NCBI GenBank assembly: GCA_026025795.1
Contig: JAPEUG010000020.1
Span: 1 to 64,000, forward strand
From: Thelocarpon superellum
Taxonomy: Eukaryota
Direction of reading: 5' to 3'
Length of the DNA stretch: 64,000 bases
Shown: positions 25,003 to 36,201 of the stretch, in pieces
How the letters are laid out: the number at the start of each line of letters is the position of its first letter
How positions within the stretch are numbered: the first letter of the stretch is position 1
Notes under the pieces: model-generated
What the model was told of the DNA's origin: nothing
Databases searched by the model: none
Seen by the model: the letters and a program-made list of their open reading frames with translations, nothing else
Made by a program: the position numbers and the translations under genes

Positions 25003-27739
25003 TCATGGCGGTAACGCCCCAGTATCGTCGTGGTCTCGAATGATCATGACTGGATCGCCGACCATGATGGTCGCTCCTCCCCCCTCCGCCCCCTCCGCCC
25101 TCCGCTCACCCTCGCCCTCACGCTCGTCTTCGAACCAGTCCGGTCGATGGCGGGAATGCTGACCAAAATACACCTTTCCATCCTTTCTTCGAGTCTTGGA
25201 GAGAGTCACAAATGGCTCTTGGTCCCTCTCGGCGGTGGCCTGGTCGATACACACCATATGACACCGACGGCATGGTCCGAGAAGCTGCACATATGCTTTC
25301 GTCAGCTCTGGTCGTGCATGCCATGTCGCGCAACCTACCTCGAAGTACTGTTGCCCTACCTTCACCGCCGACCAGTTATCCTCCGCATATGGCTGCTCGC
25401 CGCCAGGACGAAGATGATTCATTTCGGCGACTATGATGTTCGATCGAAAGACCTCCGCTTGCGCTGCCTTGCCGCCCGCCAGCTTAATTTGCTCGTTCAG
25501 TCGGTTGACGCTCGAGCGTGAGATGATCAGGACAGGGCTCTCGTTGGAGAGTAAGATGGGGATGGAGGATTGGAGGCGACTCGACATGTCCGACTGCCTT
25601 CTTCTTTGGACGGTGGAGTGTACTTTTGCGTGTCTGCTCTTTGCGCCAGATCCACCAGCGGGAAATCGGGCGAGCGTACAGGGTACGCCAAGAACCGCGG
25701 TGAAGAAATTCGATACCTCGAGGCTGTGGTACGTCGACGCGACCAGCTCATCCCCGCAGACGTGTGAGACTTGACTCCTCAACCACCTCTGCATATCTTG
25801 ATGACGCCGATGCGAAAGGGTTCGCGATAGGGGGACGGCAATCTCTGCACAAGAGGCTCCATCTAGCAAAACCGGATCGGCCCGTACGCGTAGGACCTCT
25901 TTCTCGAGGTCAACGATGGGCCGCAAAAGAGACATTTTGGGATACTGCTTCTGGCTCAAAGCGTTTCCCGTGCCCCGATGCACCAGACACCACTCCCGGT
26001 CGAAGGCGAGTCCTTCTGGACACACCTTCCAGGGAACTTGGCGCGGTACTTTCCACCCCGCGCAGCTTTTGACAGGATAGACCGTGAGCGCCTCGACGTG
26101 GAACCTCGTTGCCACTGGATCCGTCACCTCGTGAGAACGGAGGCACGGAGGAATGGGCACGTCGCGCTCCGTGAAGAATTCTCGAACAAAGTCGATGAGT
26201 CGGGTCACATCCTCCTCGGCGCTCATGGCACCGAGGCTGACGCGGATGACGCCCGTGGGCTTTCCACCCATCACATCATGGTCATCGCCACAACGATAGC
26301 CCGCAGCGAGGTTCTGCTTCATCTCACCTACGGAGAGGCTGAGACACGAAGCGATGCCGCCTGGGTTGCACATCGTCCCCGTTCGGAACTCAATCTTTTT
26401 GACCGAGGCGAGTTTCGCGACCAGCGAGCTGCCCACCCATGCACCGTCGCTGCTTTGAAGGTTGAAGGCGAGAATCGGCCCTTGGGTCTGCCGGTCCCCA
26501 AAAGCGGAAGATGAATCGTTGTAGATGGTGCAGATGCGGCGGCCGTTGACGTGTTTCAAGGACGACAGTCCTTCAAAGAGCGTCACGGACAAATGCGCCG
26601 TATGGCACCCGATATTCTCCATGCTGCCGTACAGTCGTCGGTGATTGCGCAGGGCGGCTTGGAGCGCGATGATACTGTGAAAGGGGGGAGTGCCGTCTTC
26701 GAGGACCTCGTGGAGGGCTCGAGACTTCCACACGTGCCATGCTTCCTCGACACAGGACACCATCTCGACCGTGCCTCCGCCAAAGTACTTGCGCCGTCGT
26801 AAGAGGTGGCCCGATGCCTTGCGGACAATCAGGGCGCCCAGATCCGGAAAGCCAAAGATCTTGTAGAAGCTGAGCACAGTAAAGTCAGCCGCCTGATCAG
26901 GCTGAGAGAGATCGAGCGGCGCCGTCGTGGCGTACGCGGCGGCGTCGAGCAATGAGTAGAGTCGTGGCTGATCTGAAGGGGAGGACTGCCGGAGCCGGTG
27001 AGGCCAAGTGAGAGGTAGCCGACGGCCGTCCAGATTCGACTGTGCGGGATAGGCAAAGAGCCCGAAGCTGCCAGAGAAGTCGTCGTGGCCCCAACGGCAC
27101 GACTCACGGCCGGCCAGCCATGCGTCCACGTCGGCATCGGAGGTGAAGCAGCGGTGGCCACCGCGTGCGACCTCGCGGACGCCCACCAGGCTCGTATGGC
27201 AGTCTTGGTGATACCCGTACCAGAACCCCTGATGCTCGATCTTCGTCTCTCGATGCGGTGGGCGGGGCGAGTCACCAGCGTCTCGCAGAGCATCCATGAC
27301 CAGCTTGACGCCGGCCGTAGCATTGGCGACAAAGACGACGTCGAAGAATTCCGGATCCGCGTGTAGGAATCGTAGGACCTGTAGCCTGGTGTCTTCGACC
27401 CGCCGGGTCGAGAGCTGCGAGGATGGAGCTCCGGAGTGGGGGTTGCCAAAGAGATTGGCGGTCATGTCGAGACTGAAGTGCTCCATGGTCGCTTTGGCCA
27501 CCAGCGTGGTTCCGGCATGATCGAGGTAGGTGGTGTCTACTGGGCGTCAGTAGAGGCATCCTCGAGATCACCTCCGAGTGGACCTGACCGTTCAACTGGG
27601 GGTATTCGTGCCGCCGGAGGTCAAGGATGTCGGCGTCATAGCAACATCCCTGCCGGGTCTTCCCCAGACCGGCGAGCGGAGGGCCTGCCAGACTGCCGGG
27701 GCAAGGAGCCCGAGGCACGGCTGCGGCATCATCGTGCAT
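25003..27739 (-). CDS. hxB: Molybdenum cofactor sulfurase (NifS-like + MOSC)
   Basis: EYPQLN|DTTYLDHAGTT, NLFGNPHS, PLP-lysine motif SFYKIFGFPDLGAL, catalytic Cys in RTGTMCNPGG, MOSC motifs YPVKSC and GPCRRCHMVCIDQ; introns at 27537-27588 and about 25286-25339. Confidence 0.93.
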
Positions 27740-28254
27740 GGTCACGAGGTGAGGCGTTGTGCATCCTGGACAGCGGCTGCAGGACGGGATGGGTGTAGGG
27801 TCAGCAGAGGTGACGATCTCAATCACAGGTGCTGCTCCCGTTTAGTCCGATCCAGCAATGTGCCTCCTTTCTCGCGAAGATTGGAGAAGTGTTACATGGC
27901 CTCCCGGCGGGGCGAATGGGGCGATCCAGCATCGGGAGCCGTCATCAGCGTCGACCTCGGATCAGACATCGGTCAGTGCGGTGTATGGTGGCGAGTGACC
28001 CTGCCTATTCTTGCCCCACCAGGTCGCCTCGATCGGCGCCCGTGCCCCGTGCCCCGTACTACGTGCTACGTGCCCACGGATGGCTGGGCGGCATGCCATG
28101 GTCGTCGAGACCGTCGGGACGAAGAGGGCGAGCGAGCCATTCGCCGAAATCTCGCCAAGCAGCGACTAGAGTACAGATACGACAGGCCAGGTCGCGTGAA
28201 GAGGGCCAAGCACGGCTGATGGGGTATGCGAAGATGGGACGTGAGTGCCGGATC

Positions 28255-30705
28255 TCACAACCCGTAGGCCGGGGTGGGCGCCGCGGCCTGTCCATTGACG
28301 GGCGTGGGATGGTCGCCCTGCTGCTGGTAATACTTGGTGTAGGGATCCTGCCCCCGCCGGATCGCCGCCTCGTCCACCTCCACCCCGGGATGTCCGTTCT
28401 CCATCAGCATCCGCCGATTCGTCGTCGATTCCTGCCCGTCCTCCGCCAGCTTGCTCTTGTTCACCGATTGCACCGAGAAGGGCCTGTCCGTGGCCGCGTT
28501 AGTGAGGGCCGAGCGGGAACGAGGAGAGGACGGGAGGACGGGAGGACGGGGAGACTTGCCCATTGACCTCGCGATCGAGCGTCAGATACTCTTTGGCCGC
28601 CTCCTTGGTGCCGCGCTCCAGCAGATAGACCATGTAGTAATGCGTCAGGTCTTTGATGGTGAGCGGGGGCAGGTGGCTCTTGCGCCGGATGTCGTCGTGC
28701 ACCTGCTTGATGCGCAGGTACTGCGTCGTCTCCGTCTCCGCGCTCGTGGGCTGATCCAGTTCGAACTGGAGATAGTTGATCCAGAAGGCCCGGCTATCGA
28801 GGTACCAGTGCTGGTTCTTCTGGAACACCTGTCGCGCCTCCTCCGCCGACCCTCTGATCTTCCACAGCAGCCGGGCCCACTCGGCGCAGAGGGCGGCCTT
28901 GGCGTACAGGTCACACTCCTGCGCGTTGATCTGCGACTCGTAGATCTCGATGGCCGCCGGCAGGCCGTGTTGCCGACGTTGCAGGTTGGCCCACGACACG
29001 ATCGTCTCGACATGGCCCGGCAGCGCCATCAGCACGGCGCGGTGAATGTCCTGCGCCAGATCGACGCGCTGCGCCGTCTCCTCAAAGTACGCGTACTGCA
29101 GGCGGATGGCGGGCCGCGACGTGGGCACGTAGCACTGGCACGCGCGTTGGAAGATGTGCCGCACCTCTTCCTCGCGGTCCTTCTGCGCCAGCATCCAGCG
29201 TGCGTACCGGAACCAGAACTCGTCGTAGAAGGCGCACGTCACCAGACATCGCTCGTACAGAAACTGGGCGCGCACGTAGTCGCCTTCGACCTCCTCAAAG
29301 TCCAGGTACTTGCGCCAGTTGACCAGCTGCGCCTCGTCGAGCTCCGTCACGTGGAAGTAGGGTCGCTTGATCTCGGCCTCGTACGTCCAGCGCTTCGTCG
29401 TCTCCGTCTGCGTGCGGGCGAAGATCTCGAGGTGGAAGTTGTCGATGCGTCGCCGCATCTCGCGCTCCATCTCCAGCTCGCCCTTCTCCGCCTTGAGCTG
29501 CTGCGCGCCCGCTTGCACCACCGTCGCTCCCTCGGCCTCGATCTCCCGCCGGAACTGTTGCAACAGGTCGGGCGGCAGCAGCTCCGTCAAGGGCCGGGAT
29601 TGGGCGAGCTGGCGGAAGCGCTCAAAGTAGCGCGCGTACTGGTGCATGGGGATGTGCACGACGCGGTCGAGGATGGCAAAGATCTTGTCCACCGACTCCA
29701 GCCGCTCTTCGAACTCGAGATATTTGTCCCAGAAGGGGTGGGCGAGGAAGTCGAGTCCCACGCACGTCGCACCGCGCTCGAACAGCCTGCGCGTAGAGTG
29801 TCCGTCAGCCTTGCCGTTCGCCACCCAGGGGAGCGATGGCGGTGGCAGAAAGGAAGAGGAAGAGGCAAAGAGGACGGCAAACATGGCAGGCGCGAGCACC
29901 GGCGCGCAAATAATCCAATCTCAAGCACGTCCACACCATGAGCAGCACTCGGCCTCGCGCCCCGAGACACGCCGGGGTGCAGGTGAAGTGAGGAGGGTGT
30001 GTATGTGTGCGCGGGTAGGCAGGGGAACGACCAGGCGCCTGGATCAGTGGGTGAGAAGATGGCCCGGCGTCAGGAGGCGGGTTCTGCGCGCTCACCCAGT
30101 GAGGGGTGAAGGGTACGGATGGCCACGAGACTCCCTCGAGTCCGTCTGACGGGACCTCGCACTGTACGTCGTCACGGTTACGGGAAGGAAAGTGGCACGC
30201 CATACTCACTCTCGGATCACGTCCGCGTCGTGGCTCGTCTCGACCTTGAAGCCACAGTAGTTCGTCCAGAGATCGACCGAGTTGGTCACGCTCGCGACGC
30301 CTCGCTCGTACACCTGCCAGCGTCAGCAACGGCGGACGGCTCTTCCACCCACGACCTGCTCACCATCTCCGCCGCCTCAGTGCCAGCGATGGAGAACTCG
30401 AGGTCGGCATATTTCTTCCAGTAGCCGAAGAGGAGAGGGAACTTTGCGAGGAAGCGGTCGTAGACGTCTCTCGTCGCCGCGATGGATTGTGGACTCGAGT
30501 TACGGTTGAGGCCGCCCTCGAGTGCTTCAGCGGCACGCACCACTTTCTCCCAGTTCTCAAAGTTATCGGGGTCCTCCGCCTGATACGCGCAGCGTCAGCC
30601 CGAGAAGCATGATTCACGATGGGCCATGCCTCGTACCACGTCGGCGTTGAGCTTCTTGAGTTCAGCATTCTCTTCGTCGCTCCCACCGAAGCTCAGATCG
30701 GCCAT
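28255..30705 (-). CDS. PRP39: U1 snRNP HAT-repeat protein Prp39 (5 exons)
   Basis: YDRFLAKFPLLFGYWKKYADLE, VYERGV..SVDLW, LFERGATCVGLDFLAHPFWDKYLEFE, RWTYEAEIKRPYFHVTELD, LYERCLVTCAFYDEFWFRYA; introns 30580-30636, 30314-30363, 29787-30209 and 28484-28559 (GC-AG). Confidence 0.95.
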
Positions 30706-31296
30706 GCTGTCGGCTCGCACGCGCTGCGGTGAGGGGCCGGACACCAACGAGAGCGAGTGGTGGTTGAAGGACGTTCCGACCAGCGTGTCATAGGCTGGAC
30801 GGGCGAGACGGAGGGAGCCCGTAGGTCGAGGTTGAGATGAAGGTAGAAGTGGAGCTGGCGGCGAGGCGTGACGGGGATTAACACCTCACGCAAAATGAGA
30901 GACTGACGAGACTGACGGGACTGACGAGGAGCCTCACGTTGACCAATCAACGGCAAAACTTGACGGCCCTTCGGTTCTGCCACGACGCTTTGTCAGCCGA
31001 ACGACTCGCACCCCGTACCCACTATTCAATGGCGACGCACAAACACGTGACAACTCTACGACTAATGTTACCTAGTCGTGCCTAGAGGCCTTGCCGGGTC
31101 TCTCCGGCTCTGCTCAGCTCTGCGGTAGTCAAAGTGGCAGTAGACTTGCAATGGTGGCACAAACGCACATATTCTCTCTCGGTTTCATTCTCGGTCCGGG
31201 GGATCAGGTTGTCTCTGTTCCCGCGACCTTCCGCGGGAAGGGATGCTCACGTCACGTATCAGTACAATGGACCTCTAGACCAGCCCGGCTCCACGC

Positions 31297-33842
31297 TCAC
31301 CACCCTCCCTTACCCGCGAACCCACTACTTTCCTCAATCTTCTTCTGTGACCCTCCACGCTGCGATTTCTGCTGCGCAGCTTCGTGTTTGCGAAGTTCCT
31401 CGGGAACACGCGAGAGCGAGGATTTCATCAACATCTGCTTGATGTCATACCTGTGTCGCGTTAGCACGATCTTGGACGCGCCGTGAGGAGTGCGGAAGGG
31501 GAGGGAAAGGAGGCCACGTACATGACGTCGGTGTCCTCATTGCCCAGGAAGGTGATGGCCACACCACTCTTGCCAGCGCGACCCGTCCGACCGATGCGAT
31601 GCGTGTAGCTCTCGATGCTGTTGGCCATGTTGAAGTTGACCACCAGGCTGACGTCTTGCACGTCAATCCCACGTCCTGCCAGATCCGTCGCCACCAGCAC
31701 GTCCGTGTTCCCATTCCGCACCGATGCCAGAGCCGCCTCACGCTGTTCCTGCGTCTTGCTTCCGTGCAGCGTGACCGCCGACAGGCCCAAGTGCTTGATG
31801 TCGCGAGCGACGGCGTCGCAGTTGCGCTTGATGTTGACAAAGACGATGATGGGCGGTGGGAACTCGCGTGACGTGAGGATGTCCGCCAGCCGTTTCTTCC
31901 GCTTGTCTTCGCCGGCGATGAATTCGACCCGCTGCTCCACCGTCTCCACGGCCTCGCCGATGTTACCGATCGTCACCGTCGCCGGACGACGGAGATACTT
32001 GCGCGCGATCCGTTCGATAGCCGGCGCCATCGTCGCCGTGTACATCATCGTCTGCCGGTACCGATCCTTGCCGCCCAACGACTTTCTCATCAGCGTCGCA
32101 TCCTCGGCCTCCTCCGTGTCCGGTTTTTCGTTGCTCACGGGCAAAGCGTCGAGGATCTTGTTGACGGGCTCCTCAAAGCCCAGATCGATCATGCGATCCG
32201 CCTCGTCCATGATGACATAGCAGCACTGTCCAAGCACAAGCACGCGTCGCTCGATGCAGTCTACCAACCGGCCAGGCGTCGCGATGACGATCTCCGCCCC
32301 GTTGCGTAGCGCGTATGCCTGTTCCTCCAAGGAATGCCCACCCACGATGCTGACACACGTGAACCCGAGCGGCGTGGCAAACTTCTTGGCCTCGATCTCG
32401 ATCTGTTGCGCCAATTCACGCGTAGGCGCCAGGATGATGGCGTACGGCCCGTCGTTCTTCGTCAAATCCCCGAGCGGCGGCAGATCGGAAATGTAGACGA
32501 GGAGCGGAAGCAGGAAAGCCGCTGTTTTCCCCGACCCTGTCACCGCCACGGCAATGAGGTCGCGCGACTGCAGCGCGATCGGGATAGCCGCGCGCTGCAC
32601 CGGAGACGGTTCGGTGTAGCCCACGAGTGCCACGACATCCATGAGGGCCTTGGGCAGACCTGACTCGGCCCATGAGCGCATGGGATTCGGGATGGCGCCG
32701 CCTTTGGTGCTGATGTTGAAGTCCTCTTTGAAGATGCGCCAGTCGCGCTCGCGCATGTCCGCGAGCCGCTTCTCGCTCCAGTGCATGTCCAGGGCGCCGC
32801 GACCAAAGTCTTCCTTGCGTCGCCGCTCCATCTCCATCATCTCGCGCGCCCGTGCCCGTCCGGCCTCCGTATCTTGCTGCTCCAGGGCCTGGGCATATTT
32901 TTGTGCCCCGCCCGCCGTCGCATCCTCGGCGAAGCCGCCGAGCCGGCCCCGTCCGTAGAAGTTGGCCTCCGCACGCTGTGCATAAAGCGGATTATAGTCC
33001 GGACTTGTGTCCTCCTCGGCATTCCACTCAAAGTTGAACTTCTTCTCCGTCGTGCGTCGTCGCTTCTTCTTGGCCGAAAAGGTCGATTGGTTCTGCTCGG
33101 CGCCCATATACCGGTGACGCACCAGCGCCGCCTCCACCTCGGCCGGTGCCCGCTTTTCACCCGCACCTTTGCCGCCCGTCGAGCCCACGTTGCTGGGGGG
33201 CCGGTTGTTGGGCGCACGCATCGCCGCCGGACCCCGGGGCACGTCACCCGTGGATCGTTGCGCGCGTGGGCCAGTAGGGATCGGCCCTGGGCCGGATCCA
33301 TTTGAGCCGTTCCGGAGCGAGTGGTGCGGTGGTCCGTCGCGGGTGCCGTTGCGGTCGTCGCCGAGCTTGGAGGGGACCGCCGCAGCGGCGTCGGTCGCCA
33401 GCCGCCGTTTTTGCTCTTCCACCTCTTTGGTCCGTTTCTCTAGAGCCAGCTTCTCTCGTTCGGCCTTGGAGAGAAATTTGGGCTAGGTAGAAATCAGAGT
33501 CACGCAGTTAGTCACGACGAGCTAGAAGAGAGACGTGTGAATCTAAGAGCCTCGAGTCATGAGCGGAACGTTGAGACTCACCTTCTTTGCAGCCTCATCC
33601 GCCTCTCTCTTTTTCTTGATGATCTCCTCAATACTCAAGGGACCCCGATCTCGCTGACCACCCCATCCCGCCTTCTTCTTGCCAGGCGCGCCTGGAGGTG
33701 GGGGCGGGGGTGAGGGTGGTCGGTTGCTCGACGGTGGCGGCGGCGGAGGCTGGTCATCTGGCGGGGGCGGTGGAGTGATGGAATCTGGGGGAGGCGGCGG
33801 TGGGGCAATCATTGAGAGATGGCCTGCACTCTGGCCGTTCAT
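31297..33842 (-). CDS. PRP28: DEAD-box splicing helicase Prp28 (3 exons)
   Basis: KKFNFEWNAEEDTS, MRERDWRIFKEDFNI, AVTGSGKT, APTRELAQQI, DEADRM, TAT, YTHRIGRTGRAG, then a last exon YDIKQML...GKGGW*. Confidence 0.95.
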
Positions 33843-34254
33843 ATCTACAGCAACTTCCGACAAAAAGCTAGGAGAAGACAAAAGGCCTCGCTCGACAACG
33901 CTCCTTGATTCGAAGGGAAGATGGACATCAGATTTGATAGAGGGGCCGGTTTCTTCCATATGCGCAGTATCTCCTCGTCTCGAGACTCACCGGCAATGAC
34001 AGTCAACAAAGACCAATCGACCGATGATAGAGACTGTTCTCTTCTAAAGAAAATCTAGCAGGGGCAGTGTTCAAGTACAGTAGTTTTAGTGTATAGTCAA
34101 ATCTGATCGTGCCCCTCCACCTCCTGCCGGCGCCGTTCCCATACATGAGATATGCTCTTCAGGATGCTCCAGCGGGCTATTGTTGCTCAACCAAACCCTG
34201 GAGCAAATCTAGATCGTGTGGCATTGCCCTACACCCGTTGACGATGATTCGAGA

Positions 34255-34967
34255 CTACTTCGGCCACTTCTTCCAACCGCGTCCATGGCCGCGCTGCGGG
34301 GGGAACAGGGTCAGTCGAGGACAGAAGGCGAGAGCAGGGGATGATGCGTACCTGTTTCCACGTCTGGATCATCTGGGGCATCTCGAGCATCGCTTGCCTT
34401 CGCTTTTCGAGCCTGCCAGACACGAGAGAGAGGGATATTAGCCCGTGGTTCCATGTATGGCCTGACGTAGGTGTGTTCTCGATCCACATACCGTCCCTTC
34501 ATGGTCCGTTCCCACAATTTGCCCTTGACACGCTGCCCGACGCCAGTGCCCTTTACTCGCAGGCCGTTCTCTTCCCGCCGCTGTAGCCGCTCCTCCGTCC
34601 CCTTTACCGTAAAAGGAAGTAGTTCTTCTACGCCGTGCTCGCGAGCAAGCTTAACCAGCTCGGCCTGGCGTCGTAGCGAGAAGACTGGGTCGTGCCATCG
34701 GCCCGTGACCGGATGCCGCTGTGGCTGAAATGGATTGGCATATGCAGCTTGTTCTAAGGATGATGCCGGAGCGGACGTATTGGTGGGAGACTCTGATGGT
34801 GTCCCTGGTGGGTTGGACGGCCTCGCCATTGATGATGGCGAAGATGCACCACCCTGAAGAGGTGTGGTGGCATTCAACAATGCCGGGGGAGGGTATCGCG
34901 CGAAGAAGCGAGTCAGTCGCGGGGGCAGCGATTGGGCCAGGCTGATATAATGGCGTTGGCTGGCCAT
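34255..34967 (-). CDS. MRPL25: Mitochondrial ribosomal protein mL59 (MrpL25), 3 exons
   Basis: LPPRLTRFFARYPP...NPFQPQRHPVTGRWHDPVFSLRRQAELVKLA...VKGKLWER...R|LEKRRQAMLEMPQMIQTWKQ|RGHGRGWKKWPK*. Confidence 0.9.
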
Positions 34968-36201
34968 GGCGGTCGGTCGGTGCAATGAATTCGGAGCTCG
35001 GTGAAGGTAGGATCAGAGCTTCTCTCGACCAACCTACCTCTCTACTCCGGCGCTCGGCTGGTCACGTGGAAGCCCTGGAGATGCTGCACATAGACGCCGT
35101 CGCTGCAAGTTCATCACCACCTAGTCTTGCCGAGATCATTCTCCTTGACTGGAGTGGCAGTGGCCATGGATGCACCGGGATATCCTCAGTGCTCATGGAC
35201 ACAGGGAAGCATGCGACTGGCGAACGTCTACGGGTACGGGCATGTGCCGTCACAACTATGGCTGTCACAATCACAACGTCTCCCAGGAGACAGATCTGGA
35301 CGCCTCAAACGTGCGGCTTCCACACTCTGGCAAGCCTTAGTCAAGGAATCTGACGAACAGCCAGCACTTCGTGTAAGGAACAATTGAGAGTGCTGGGAGG
35401 ACGGCTTGCTGGATGTGGAAAGAAATACGAGTACTGATGGTGGGCGAGTCGAGTTTTGTAAGCTACACGAGCTCGGAGCGTGGCTGACCTGAGGGTCGGG
35501 TAAAGTTGCAGGTCTGACGAAAGGCTACTCGAATGCCGAAGGAGAATTGCGAAGCAAATGTCTACTGATTGTCCCCCGCTGAGAAGGCTGGAGTGACCCC
35601 AGGTGATTGTAAGATCGAGGATGCTATCACATTCTTACATCAGTATTTCTATCGATCATGAGGAGTCTTGAGGCCCTGCCTGTTCCTGTTTGCGTATAGT
35701 CTTGCAGAGCTTTGGCACGGCAGCGGTAGGGTCCAAAGTAGTTCCATGACGGAGGTCCAACGCAATTATCAGATCGAATTCACAGTTCATTGCTATCGAC
35801 GTCGTCCTGGGAGGATGAATCGCTCAGAAGACATTCATCCCATTCATCCAGACTACCACTCAGTTATGCTCATGAAAGGCAAATTACTTGGCGGTTCGCT
35901 CGGTATTGTTGACGTCCCGTGTCAGTGGCGCTGTAGTGGGACGACACAAGTACATCAGCCCAACCTCATATATTCGCGTCCAGATCTCGAGCTATCTGTG
36001 AGAGAACAGGCCCCAACAGCCGGCGGACGATACCCGTACCAATGCGAGGGGCCTACCAAGATCGTTTCTTCTTCCTGCCATCTCCAAGAGGAGCAAGCTG
36101 CAAGTGACTGTCGACCGTGCCGAGTGTAAGCGAACGCAGGGGAACTACGCTGGAGCTATTCCTGCCGCATGACCCTTCTGCTTCCATCCCGGTCCGCACG
36201 C

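Noticed and set aside
27537..27542. NAGNAG (CAGTAG) tandem acceptor in hxB intron 1
   Set aside because: It would change only one residue; this is common and unlikely to matter
28451..29941. 496-aa plus-strand ORF
   Set aside because: It is the antisense shadow of the GC3-rich PRP39 exon and has no recognisable motifs
29787..30209. Box C/D snoRNA in the long PRP39 intron
   Set aside because: I saw no RTGATGA box C in the sense strand; an H/ACA RNA cannot be excluded by eye
35000..36150. Short ORFs between MRPL25 and APE2
   Set aside because: No recognisable motifs or consistent exon structure; treated as a divergent promoter region
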